DNA of 63,821 nt, filler included, from Reticulomyxa filosa (GCA_000512085.1; 14 parts of 14 records of this genome joined end to end with filler, not necessarily neighbours in it); one strand, 5' to 3'; shown: positions 12,434 to 25,157, numbered from the whole stretch's first letter. Notes: generated from the letters alone by a model not told the origin. Numbers and translations: made by a program.

Positions 12434-15400
12434 TCAAACGTGTGACTTAGAAGCAAATTTAGCTCTATAAGCGTCAACAAGCGCATTGCCTTTTGATCCA
12501 CCAGCATTTTTGAGAACAACCTCAGAAACTAAGTCGGTTAATTGATCTGAACCCTTCTTTGAATTAATTGCCAAGTTTTCGCATCGACCACCTGTAATAT
12601 TAGCAATCTGCAGAAAATTTTGTTGCGCTTTCTGGTCGACATAAAAAGCGTGGACTGGGATATTATGTTGTCTCAAAAGTGCAAGTTCATTTTCGTAATA
12701 TGTGGGATGAGAGAATAATTTTGTATTTTTCCAATAATTTTCTCCGAGTTTATTTTTTTTGGAATCTTTTCTTTTATTTATTACTTCTTCTTTTGTATTT
12801 GCTGCTGCGTCTCCAATTAAAATGATCTGCGAAACAGTTCCTTTTTGAACTTCTCTATTGATATGGACCAATCCAATTTCAATAGCTTCATTTCCCCATC
12901 CATAGTCAGCCTTAACACATTCCATAAAATTGTGAAGATTTTCAGGTTTAGATTCCCAAGTGGAGGACTGCAAAATCATATCTTCAGGAGCATTGTAATT
13001 TCGATACACAACAAATTGCATTTCGAAGCTGTTTGGAGGTTCTCCGTTATCTTTTAAAATAGTTGAAATACGTTCAAACATTATGCGTACTGCATGTTTA
13101 GCTTTTTGCAACAAACGATCCATAGAACCAGTTGCATCCATAAGCACTATTGTACGTGAAGATTTTTTCTCTTCCGTTCCTCTGTTCCGTTCACATAACA
13201 TTTTTTTCACTGTATTTACATCGTTTTTTTTTACAGCTGTAATTAGTTTCTCACTAAATTCGTGCTCTTTTGCAGCAAAAGCTACATATTTTTTGCTGTC
13301 TGCATATTGATCTTTAAAGAAGCTGTTTCGCTTTTCGTTGAGAAGTGGATAAAAATCGCCTGCACTGCGTGCCTTTTCAATTTCGTCTTTGGTAATCAAA
13401 AATCTCTCAAGTGACTTATCAGACAAGACCAAACTGTAAGAACCATTTCCTCCCTGTCTGGCTGTACGTCCTTTGATTTGCACTTCTTCTGATACTTCCT
13501 CCGAAAGGAAGGTTTGGATTACATGAGCCCCACCATTGGCATTTACAACTTGATCACGACAAATAAAGTCTGTTCCTCTACCAAAAGCTTTAGTATATAA
13601 TCCTATTCGTCCTGACGAAGTAGCACGTTTAATGAAAGATTCTTTCTCTTCAAAAGAATTTTCTTCCGTCATTACAATCGCACTGCTCTTCAACTCAAGA
13701 AAGTTGGATGACTCATAGAACTCCGTCAGTTGTTTTTTAGATTCGAAAAATACCAAGACAGCTCGCTTTGTTCCAGGATTTTTGCCAGTAATTCGATCGT
13801 CAATTTCTTTTTTGAGGGTAATGAAATAATCACTTTCACTGACAATAAGAATATCTTTTTTTTCGGCAAAGACAAGATTATTGTCACTAAACAAAGATGG
13901 CATATATGTGTGTTTGGAAACATGATAATCTTCCTCCACCACTTCTTGCTCTGGTGGACTCAGCGTTTTCAAGGTCCCACTCACTCCCATAATGCAATAA
14001 AAATTTCTCGGAACTTCGGCGTATGAAAAATTACCAATTTGAAATGAAATAAAGATATTATCTTTTAAGCTTTTGTTACTGATATTGTTTTGTGCATGTT
14101 CATGATAATATGCGAATAAAGTTTTGTATCCATAGCGAATATTGTAGCAAATACTGTCTTGCTCTTTGTATCCAATCTTGTCATTACTCACTTGATATCC
14201 ATGAGAGGTAAAGTCTTGAACATCACTCAACATGTCTTTAATTGCTTCATCTAATAATGAATCCCATCCTTTCAATATATTGCAACATGCTTTATATTCA
14301 TTGGATTGTTTCACATTGTTCAATTTTAAATTGGCTGATTTGTTATTCCAAATGTAATCAATAAGTTTTGTGATAGTGTCATGTCGCAAGATAGCGGCAG
14401 GAGAATAGCAGCTGCCGTAAAACTCGAGGTTAAAGAACACATCCACCTCATCGATTAATAGGACTTTGGAACGAACTACTCGCACCTGTTCCATGGTTTT
14501 TGAATCGTCACTAGGGAGAATCAAGTTTTCCACAAGTTTGCGCACATCACCTCCTTCATTATAATCCTTTCACAAATCTTGTTGAAAGTGCCATAATGGA
14601 TATGATTAATCACACCCAAGATATTGAATAATTGCTCAAAGCTCTTAAAATCTCTACTACTTAAATGTTCACTGTACGAGGCGCAACTCACATCAAAGCC
14701 AAGCAATGCCAACACACAAGAGGTAACAGCCAAAGTCACTGACTTGCCTTCGCCAGTCCCAATTTGAACCAAGTTTTTCGTTAATCCGACCTTGCTTTCA
14801 TCAATTCCTAACATTCGGAATATGGAAATGACCTGAGCCGGATGTGGTTGTAGCAAATAGCTGTCTTGATCCTCCGCCTCCTTGGCATCGTGGAAATAGT
14901 GTGAATTCTGAAGTGTCCATAGTGCAAAAATATGAGCCATCAAAATGGGGATTTTATTTCGAATATTTGCGTCCCATCGTTCTTGCCCTGGTTTTTGTTC
15001 GACGCCTCCAAAAATCAATTTTGTATTATTGGCAAGCATTGCAAATATGCTTGCATTGTTACTTTGACTTTTGGCCAAATTGTCCTTGAGCAATTGACAA
15101 TATTTCTCTTTAAATTCATTATACCTATTTTCCAATTTCGGGCCATCTAGTTTATCACCTTTGGTTTCTATTTTTTGCAAAACGTAGTCAAGTTCATGTG
15201 CCTGAATCTTTTGATTGAACATGGACACGGAATATCCCTGAAACACGCCATGTTCAGCGACAATCATCGCACCTATGCCACTTACGTCTTTTTCTAATTG
15301 CAATGCCAGCATTGAAACGCCAATGCCGCCTTGGTGCTTTTGTTTGAAGGCACTCAATAGTTTATCTATCTGTTTGCCAATGGAGTCTTTAAAGCTGAAG

Positions 15401-18400
15401 ATATGCATGGACATTTTTTTCATTGACAGTAAGTGTGGTACTATCTTTTCTGTATTCAAGTCTTGCATAGCCTCTTTTTCTAGTTGTTCCACTCGATTGG
15501 TTACCACAACGCTAACAGCTTCGATTTGGAGTTTTACAACACTTGAGAGGATTCCATGCTTCTGCATTGAGATAAAGCAATTGTAACAAAGATTTACATT
15601 ATTACAATCTAATGGCGTCCATTTGGTGTTGTCTTGCACTTTTTTTGCAAGCACTTGCACATCGAGTTCTAATTTTTTCGGACACTCTTCTAATTTCTCA
15701 GACTTGCCAATGTGCCTTTCCAATTGAGACATTTGTTTAAAGAACTCGATTTTGACTTTCAATTTATTGAAAAAGCGATCTCGTTCTGCATCATTAGATT
15801 TGGTCTTTTCGTTGTCAATTCCTTCGTCCATAGTGTCTTGTGCCATTTTCTCCAAACAAGCGTTAAGATCACGCATCACTTCGGCATATGTCCATATTTT
15901 GGTAGAGTCTTCTGGGAGACCGCAATACGTCTTTTTTTGTTTAAAGTGTTTCACCTTTTGCAACAGCGAACTCTTGCTTGCCACTGTTTCCATCACATCC
16001 AATACTTTATGCAAGTCAGGTACATTCAGCTGATCCACATTGGTTTTATACTTTTGATGAAGCGAAGTAAAGTATTTCGATATTTTCAAATCCAACTCTT
16101 TAATTCTGTCATTGAAATTGTTGGGCATCAATTCTTGTGCATCGGATGAAGTCAATTCAGCTTGTACTTCTATACATTGAATGATAAAATCAAGAGCATT
16201 TTCCATCCACTCCATAGTAGCGGATCCAATATCACCACGATCCAACACATCGAAATTGGAACCAATATTTTTTTGACACTTTTCAAAGGTATTGACTAGT
16301 GTGCCACGAGCTGTTGTAAAATATTTATTGATTTCGGGAATCTTTTTTTTAAATGTATTTTTGAAGTGAACAATTTCTTTCAAATCTATGAGCGCTTTAG
16401 TTGTGTCTCCTTCGGTCCATTTTTTATTCATGCTTACAACAATCTCTTGAGCCATCGCATTTACATTGGTCTTGATCATCTTTTCTTGATTGGATGTGCA
16501 GTTGTTCAACAGGTTGTTAATGTCGTCAATATTTTTCGATTTGATTACTTCATTAACAACGCCAGTGGTATGATCTAGTTCGCTCTTGATATCGTCATTA
16601 CAATGTGTAATCTCTTCTCCAAGCATTATTTGCATGTGTTTGGGTAAGGTATTCAACACTGATTGGCAAAGTCGAATTGAAGAATTGCTGTCTCGCGAGC
16701 TTGAATTGCCTACTTTCGCACGGGCTTCAATTAATTCATTTCGGACTTTCTGAGAGATGTCATCTTCAATCTCTCTCCATGTATCTCGATAAATTGCAGT
16801 CGTTTCCATGACTTTGATCAGTCTGGTATAAAGCTCTTTGGGTGGAGCTGACGAATAGGGATTAAATTGCTTACCCTCTAGTTTGATACGTCTGTACTTC
16901 TCCACAATATCTTTCAGCTTTGTTTCAATTTTTTTGCCGAGCTTATCTACGCAACTCATAATTTTACCAGTATTTTGATTTCCACTTTTTTTTTGCTGTT
17001 GTTCCTTCTTCGTGTCATCATCAAGCGAAATAGATTCACAATAATCACCTAAAATGCTGATAATTCTTCGAACCAATCGAATTTTATTTTCGGCCTCCAA
17101 AAAATTTAAAGCGCTGACTGATGCATCCATCGTATCCAGTATCGCTTCCATCCATTTTCCAATGGCAGACTTTGTGTTCTCTTGCATTCTTTCAATATCT
17201 CTTTGTACCACTTCATCCACAAATGTCAGTGCAAATTGTTGGGCGTCTTTCATCCATTCCAAATGATCGACTAGTTTGGTAACTCCGGTCAAGTCTACGT
17301 CATTTTCTCCCAGGAGAAGTACTTTCATCAACGTGGTTCTTGCCAAATCGTTCAACGAACGGGACAATGCATTTTTGATGTCATTGAACACCCTCTCAAT
17401 TTTTGGGTCATCGATATTCTGTTTGATTCGAAACATTTCCGCTGCAACGGTAGAGTATCTGTGTTCCTTGATAGCATCCAATACAGGTTTGGTATCAATG
17501 GTATCATTATAGATTTTGTCCTGATACTTCATATACAAATCCTTAAACTTGTAATTGGGCTTTGCAAAATCATCTAAAGCACTCAAAGCACTTGCTACGA
17601 CAATTTTGATTCGTAATGGTTTTGTGTTTGTGTCTCGATCCAATTTGAGCATTTCATCAGCCATTTTTTGATGTGTCTGTCTTAATTTGATTTCAAATTG
17701 TTCCAACATGTCTTCCGGGAAATATGCAAATATTGAACTTTTTTCCAGTTTCTTGACTTCGTTCAAGCGGTTGAAAATGATTTCCACTTTTTCAATTATT
17801 TTTGTGTTGTCACCACTTTCCGACACTGCGCTTTCTGTAAAATCCAAAGAATTGAGTTGGCTTTGAACAAATTTCGAATAATGTTGTAAAAAATGTTCCA
17901 CCAAGTCAAACGTATTGGCAACATCTTGTTTCAAAGGAGGAGCCGTTTTATAATCTTCTTTTTTTTCTTCACTGTTGCCATCGCCACGATCTCTGTTGGA
18001 TCGTTGATCTGGTGTAGTGGTTTCCGTTGAAAAGGCAGTGGCTTTGCATTCTTTCAAGTAACGGAGCACTTTTTCAGTTCTTGACACGTTTAACAGATCG
18101 AAATTGTGTCCGGTGCTGTTTTTGATCTTTGCAATCTCGCGTTCATAGTAGTGGATCTTTTCGTTGAGTTCATTTTCATTGTTAATCAGTCTTTGAATAT
18201 CACTTTGTAGAAAATTGTGACTCTTCAGCGCTTCCACAGTGGTGCCCAATGAAGAAAGCCCTTTTTGTAATAGATCTTCAAACTCTTTCCTTATTTGCTT
18301 ATTCTTCTGAAGCGTGTTCTTAATCTCGTCCATTTTTTGTGTGTGGGCGTCCTTGAGTTTTAGTGTTTCCGCTTTCAAGTTTTCCAGTGCCTTTTTTTTT

Positions 18401-21400
18401 TTCTTTTCTTCTTCTTGTACTTCTTCGATGGACTTGAATCCCTGTTTTCCGATGTACTCAACGGCCTCTTTTGATCCACTAGGTGACAAAAATGATGTGA
18501 TTGATGAGAAAGAATTACTTGCTTTGTTCAATTGATTATATTTTTGTTTCATCGCTTCCAATTTATTAATTCTCTCACGCACGATTTGGATTTTGCCATG
18601 ACGTTGTCCACATTTTTCTTTCAGCAAATGACAGCCCTTGGTCAATTCCTCCTCCATCTCTTGGATTTGAGACATAAGTTTCTGTGCATTTTCAATGTGC
18701 ATTTTTTTCAAATACGAATTGGCATTGCTAACGCACTCCGTTTTAAGCTGGATCAAATAGTCTTTGATTTTTTCTTGGCAGTTGACATTTTTCGTCTCCA
18801 AAGAAAATTCACGCCGAATGGTGGCCAATGTGGCTCGAATAGAATGTTCGAGTTGCATGCTCACCTCCTTGCGATTGGTAGATATTTTCGGGATAATTGT
18901 TTCCAAACGACGCAGATTACCAAGATGTGTGACGATTTTGCGTGCTTCAGCAAGTTGATTCGGGTGGTCCAGGTCTAATTCCAAATTTAAACTTGACTGT
19001 TGCAACTCGTACAAATGTGAGAATAACTTTTGTTTTATAGCATCCATTAGATTCGTGTTTCCTCCTTCTTGGCGCTCGTCGATCCACTTCGAATGACTCA
19101 CACAAAGCACACATTCATACAATCGATTGTAATCCACTGATGCATCTGACTTGCTCAACGAAGCGAGTATATTGTCAACATCTTTGTGTACATCACGCAC
19201 GAATCCGAAAATCTTTTCGATTGTTTGAAAGTACTGTCTTTCTGTTTTTTGTTCAACTGTTTTCACTTTTCGAAGATCGTCCATCACCAACACAAAACCC
19301 TTGATCTCGTCAAATGCTTGCGATTTCTGCTTTTCAAATAAATTGCAAATCTTTTGGCTTATTTTTTCAAAGTATCCGATTAATTCGATCAAAAACGAAC
19401 GGAACAGTTGTTTTGTAAATTTGTCGAGACCGACATGTTCCCAAGGCACTTCGAATACATTTACTGCTGCTTCTAAGGTATCAATTGTTTTTTGCACAAT
19501 GTCAATGCCATTTTTGTCAAGTTTTTCAAGCAAAATGTGAGCACTATCAATTTTTTCTTCATTTTTTATTGAAGACGAAGAGTTTGATATCTCTTTTGTC
19601 GACTTTTTCAAAACCGCAAGCCCTTCTTCTGTTGCACAGCGCTGGAGATAATCCGACAATTCACTTTCCAAGTTTTTAATCTCTTTTTTGATATCAATTA
19701 AAGAACAGATATGCTCTTGAATAGTGATGCCCTTTGCAATTGTTTTCAAATTTTTTTGAAACTCTGCAAACTTGTTCTTTGTAATGCATTCTTTTGCATC
19801 GTCGACACAATTGGCAAAGCGTTTCTTCAGTCTATGTCCTGCTTCTTTGTATGAAGCGCTAAAGGCAGGGAAACAGCTCTGCACTTGTGCCATTTTGTCC
19901 AAATGGATTTTTAATACGCTTTCTGCATTTCCCGACTCATCACCTCCGTTTATTTGTTGTTCGATGATTGCCATTAACTGATTCATTTGCTCATTGATGT
20001 TTTGGTTCAATGATTCCGCACTGGCAGCATCTGGTAAATGATTCCGCAATCCATTTGCCACTCCAAGTTCATCGTACACCTTTTTGTATGCCAAAACATC
20101 ATCGTTACTAAGATTATGTGGAGAGCTAATACGTTTGTTGAAAGCAGACTTGGCCTCGTCGCTTTTTTGGTTCCATTCTCGCGTCAACTTTTTCACACAA
20201 TCATTGATTTCCGTTTCGATAGTCGCATTCTTCAAAACCGAGTTCAGACGTGCGAGTTCGTCCAACTTTATTTTGGCAATGTTGTAATCACCACGTTGAA
20301 ACGCCAGCAAGATATTTTCTTTGTGCTTCTTTACTTGCAGGCTGACAGCTGACTTGGACGCCTCTGAAAGAAAAGGGCAGAATACGTCTTCGGGATGCGT
20401 AATAAAGTTTTTCAAGTCGATCAGTTCTTCTAACAAATCACTTGGCGAGTCGTGGATCAAGTCCGGCGCAATTACTTCTTTTTTTGTTTTTCTTGCGATA
20501 TCCAGCAAAATTGCTTTGTATCCTTCATCAGGATCATTTTCCATCGCATTGTACGTATCCTTTGCCAAAGCATGCATAAATGTCTTTTGCTCTTTAGGTA
20601 ATTTCGTGAATACGTATGAAAATGCACTGATGTGGTTTTCGATGGATGGGATAATCCCCACCAACGTACGTGCCAGCTCTTTCACGCAACTCATCCGATG
20701 TCCCAATGCGACATAACTGATCAACACCACTGGTTTTACGCTTTTGCACTGTTGCAAAGCTCGTATAATACCAATGCCATTGGCGACATCCACCTCAGGG
20801 CCATTGGTATCTTCAAATCCAGGAGTATCACAAAGTATCACGTTACCCTTTGCTCCAAGTATGCCCATCTCTTTCAAATCAATAGGAACCGCGGTAATGT
20901 ATCGTGTTTCCGACGCCGCTTTGGAACTGGTACTGACTCTGTGCAAAGCCTTATTTTTCACTTGCACAGGCGCAATGTGCGGTTTTCCGTCGACCAGTTT
21001 CTCCTGCATCACCGATCCAGCAAGAAAGTGAATACATGTGGATTTACCGGCCCCTGTCCCTCCAAGTAACAAGATCACATTTTGGTCTTTAATTTGTATC
21101 GCAGCTTTCTCTGCTTCATCTACTAACTCCAACATTAGATTGATATCGAAATACTCTTTCACCTTTTGACGTTTTACTTCATTGTCATTTTTTGGAATTT
21201 CAATTTCTAATAGTGAATTTTCATTGTCTTCAATAATCACACCATCTTCTAAAACGTCGAAATTTTGTTTGACAAGTTTGATTGTATCTATATTTGGCTG
21301 TCCTGTGATCAAATAATCTTTTGCATTTTTAGTTAATGTAAAGCCCAGCAAATCCAAAAATTCTCTCACCACTACAATTACCTCTTTTCCATTGGTATTA

Positions 21401-23158
21401 TTTTCTAACTTGTTAAGAATTGATCCCCAAGTTGAGTATATTTTGTCGCGATCTTCATCAGGTTTGATATTTAATAATGTATCAACCACTACGTTCATAA
21501 AGTCCTTGCATTCTTTATTATTGGCATTCAATTGTGACAATTTGTTCCCAATATCGGTCATGATTTGTATTGACGGCTTCACTGTTTTGTTGCTGTCCAC
21601 ACTTTGCACTGACTCCGAGTTTTGATATTGCTGCACTTTTGTTGTTTTCCTTGATTTCAATTTTTTGTTTGTTGATTTCAATACTTGATTTTTCCACTTC
21701 ATATTTCTTTTCATCATCATTTTCTTTATTCTCGTATTTCGCTTCTTCTAAGTCCTCTTTTTTTTTTGCTTTTGCATTCGACCCTTCTATTGGCTCATCT
21801 AAACTCGAATCTGAATTTTTGACAACAACTCGAAACACACCCAGACAATCTTGCTTTAGCATTTCTCCCCAAATATATTTTAAATCTCGTTCATCATCGA
21901 TTGTGTTGCTTTTATCTTGGGCATTTTGAAATTGTAAATCTTCATTTTCGAGTTGGAAGTGTTTCAACACATACTGTTTCATTTGTTGAAATGCGTTACG
22001 CCAATCATATTTTTCGATTTCTGTGGACAGCGGTGGACTGGAAGGGATCCAACTCACATAATGCCCATCATATTCAAATATAAAACATATCTATTTTCCA
22101 TATGCATGCACCTTTTTTTGTTTTCTCCTACTCTTTCACCCAAATTTAAAAAAAGGACGAACAACAATAATTTGAAAGGCTTCTGAGTTATCATCGTTCA
22201 ACAGTTCGTTAAAGTAATCACTTAATTCGTCAGCATATTCGATCATGTCATCTCTTTCGTCCATTCTCGACAACAGAAAAAGTTTTTCATTATTCTGCAA
22301 TTGCAAATGTTTAAACACTCGATCTCGTAATCCATTCCAATTTTTTTTCCACGTATCTTTCATCACTGCTTCGTTTGAGTCATTTACATGCTTTGGAGTG
22401 AATTCAAATAGCAATGAAGTACCATTTATTACATTAAATTTTTTTTCTTTCGTTTCCTTTATGTTATGTATGCACTATGTACTTTTATCCTATCTTTCTC
22501 TCCTTTTTTTTTTAATAAAAAGGGTAACTACCTCATATGAAAGAAATAATTCCAAAGTACTGTCTCCGCTGTCATTAATTTCTTCCCACTCTTGTTTTAA
22601 GTCATCGGCTCCTTCCACGTGAATTTCGTCTTTATTTTGTAATAAGAATTTCGACACTTTAAATTCGTTGTTAATATTTTTTATCAAGTCATTGTACACC
22701 TTTTCCCAATCGATATCTGCTTCACCCTCTTTCTCATCGATTAGTGCTTGTTCTATTTCTCGTTTGGTTACAGTATTTTTCACTACGATTTTGGAGTTGT
22801 TTTTTTTTTGTAACTCTAGTTTCTTTTTTTTTTTTGTGATTTTTTGAGTGAGAAAAAATATTGAGCAGAAAAAATATTGGCAGAAAAAAACTTAGTTAAC
22901 TTTAATCACAATCTCCAGTTCTTTTAGTCCTTTCACTGAATCTCCAAACTTTTGTGTGTCTGCGGGCAATATTGTTTCGCCGTTAATTTCAATTACAAAA
23001 TTCGAATTGGAAAAACACTCTGAAAATTTACTTCTAATGCCGTCGTATACATCGTCTAAATCCTTTTGGAAGTAGCTTTGAACTACGCCTCTCAATCTTT
23101 TTTTGATCGGTTTGCTGCCATCAGGAGTATAAATTGCAAGTACCTTTGAAATTGACAT
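12434..23158 (-). CDS. Giant ~3,500-aa protein: 4x PB1/beta-grasp-like + AIG1/septin-like P-loop GTPase + helical/coiled-coil + SecA-like DEAD ATPase + vWA (copy 1)
   Basis: Exons 23158-22901, 22822-22532, 22456-22163 and 22090-12434 (all introns GT-AG, phase 0), with two single-base frameshifts (~21640, ~14560). GTPase: LLLGGTGAGKST, SETRY, LCDTPGF, VFTK. SecA-type motifs: QIGTGEGKS, YSEHLSSRD, IHYGT, LIDEVD, MGVSGT, AVLVFF, FGRGTDF, GGAHVI, QIKGRTARQG. vWA: LMDATGSM, VVYRNY, GNEAIEIGL, ILIGDA. Confidence 0.88.
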
Positions 23159-24160
23159 GTTGGGTAAACGAAAGAATAAGATCAAGCGCTTGAAAAAGCA
23201 AAACAAAAGTTTACAACAAAAAATTTGTTAGTTTTGTCTCTTAAAAACCACTCGTTGATTTGTGGGCTGATCTTGCTTCTCCTTGATTGGAGGGATTTTT
23301 ATTTGCTGTTTATGCTAAACTTAAAATGTTGTCGTATTTGCTTGCCTTTCGTTGCTCGCTTTGGTAATTTGAAATTAAAAGCATCAAGCGCGAAACACAT
23401 TAATCCAACATGAAATTATCTTTGGCAAGTTTTTTGTAATAAGTTTTACAGAAGATAATTTTAATGTTTGCCTTAAAATTGTCGATTTATAGCGAAACTT
23501 AGATATTATTTCCAGTTCGTACGAAACACTAAATATTTTCACATCCTTTGCAATCATTTCTACGACATGTTCATACAAATATATGATTAAGTCCATTGGA
23601 TCTTTTTTTGCCCGTTAACAGTATTTCCACAAAAAAGAAATTTGTCAGCTTGATTCTTTAATATCGTAACATTAAATAGCAGTAATATGATTTTGTATAA
23701 TAAGATGTGGTATGAAATAGAAGTATACGTGTTTTTATTTATTTCTAGTAACCTTTCGCACAGCTTAAAAAAGGAAAATGGACAAATCATTTTTATAGGT
23801 GTGCCTTATCGGACAAAAGAAACTAATCAACTGCTGAATTTTTTTTATCTTGTAATTTTTTGCGGAAAAAAGTTATAATCAAAAGTTTTTTCTGTAAAAT
23901 TAGATACTTCCAAGATGATAAACTAGAATTTACCTTCTGAAATCGAACATTAAAAAATTAGTGTTGAAGTTCTACTTTAAGGAAAATACAGGCGTGGCAC
24001 AACTCGAGGCTTTCCTACAAAAAAAATCATCAACTTTACTTCACCGTTTCGTTTTCTTTACGGTGTTGGCTTTGTGATCGTTGAATTATTTTTGCCCGTC
24101 GTTATAACTGACAAGCTTTCAAAATGGTTTGTGAATTATTTTTTATTGTATGGCAGTTAA

Positions 24161-24459
24161 AAAAAAGAAGTAGCTCCAAAAAAAGACACACAAAATCACA
24201 AAGGCCAAGTGCTTTGTAGTTAAATCCTATCGTAATGAAAAAGCAGCATTTAAGGCAACTGGCCTACGTAATGACGTATTCAACAACCTTTCCCAGTTGC
24301 TTTCTTTTGATCTGTATAGCGCTATTCTATTGTGCAACCCAGTCGCCTTAAATATTGCTTTTTCATCTCCAAAGGATTGAATTTCAAGGTACTTGTCCTT
24401 TTGTGTTTTGTTTGAATGAACTGTATACGTTTTTTTTTTTTGGAACTACTCTGTTTTTT
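24161..24459. repeat. Old diverged inverted repeat (foldback), arms ~100-120 bp
   Basis: 24161-24262 (..AAAGGCCAAGTGCTTTG..AATCCT..ATGAAAAAGCAGCATTTAAGGCAACTGG) aligns with the reverse complement of 24339-24459 (..AAAGGACAAGTACCTTG..AATCCT..ATGAAAAAGCAATATTTAAGGCGACTGG). Confidence 0.75.
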
Positions 24460-24940
24460 GTTTAGAAGAAATGAATCAACAATTTTTGCTTTTGTTTGAT
24501 TGATGCACGAGAATGGTAAGCAACTGGTAAATACAAAATGGAAAATTAAGGGGATAAAAGGAACAGCAGATCCAGTAATTTTGTGAAAAACCTTTTTTTT
24601 TGGAGCAGAATGAATTGTCTTAAAATTAACAATAAATGATTATGTGTTTTTATTAAGATTTACATACACATATTCAAATATCAAATTCTCAAATGACATC
24701 CTTTGAACAATATAAGCAGAATTGATGAAAATTGCATTGCTTTGTAAAAAAAAATAAAAATGAAAAGAATAATTTTTCAAATTTTTTTAAAGTGATATCT
24801 TGTATCTTATTTACAATCTGTTGACATTTTGGTTCAAACGGTCCCAACGTTAGTCAATTCTTCTCTCATTACGTTGATTTTGGAGTCAAGATATTTCCAT
24901 TTTTAAGATTGTTAAAATTTTTAAAAAGTTTTTGAAACTT

Positions 24941-25157
24941 TTTTAAAATAATATATATGCATCGTGGAGAATCCAAAAATTAATAAAAGTGTAGAAAGGC
25001 ATAGAAAATCGTTAACCTTTTTTTCTTTTAATACCAGAACGAAGCATTAATTTTTATAATAGTTTTCAAAAAATGAAAAAACATTAGCGATTTTTATGAT
25101 TTTCTACAGTTTTATTAATTTTTGGATTCTCCACGATGCGTAGATATTATTTAAAAA
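24941..25157. mobile_element. MITE-like inverted-repeat element (second family)
   Basis: Perfect 30-bp inverted repeat GCATCGTGGAGAATCCAAAAATTAATAAAA (24959-24988 vs 25110-25139), extending imperfectly to ~70 bp per arm. No ORF. Confidence 0.75.

Noticed and set aside
12434-14950. Canonical bacterial/plastid secA, or bacterial contamination
   Set aside because: It is embedded in a ~3,500-aa protein with spliceosomal introns at the 5' end, lacks the SecA C-terminal domains, and is flanked by a host-type WD40 pseudogene and MITEs.
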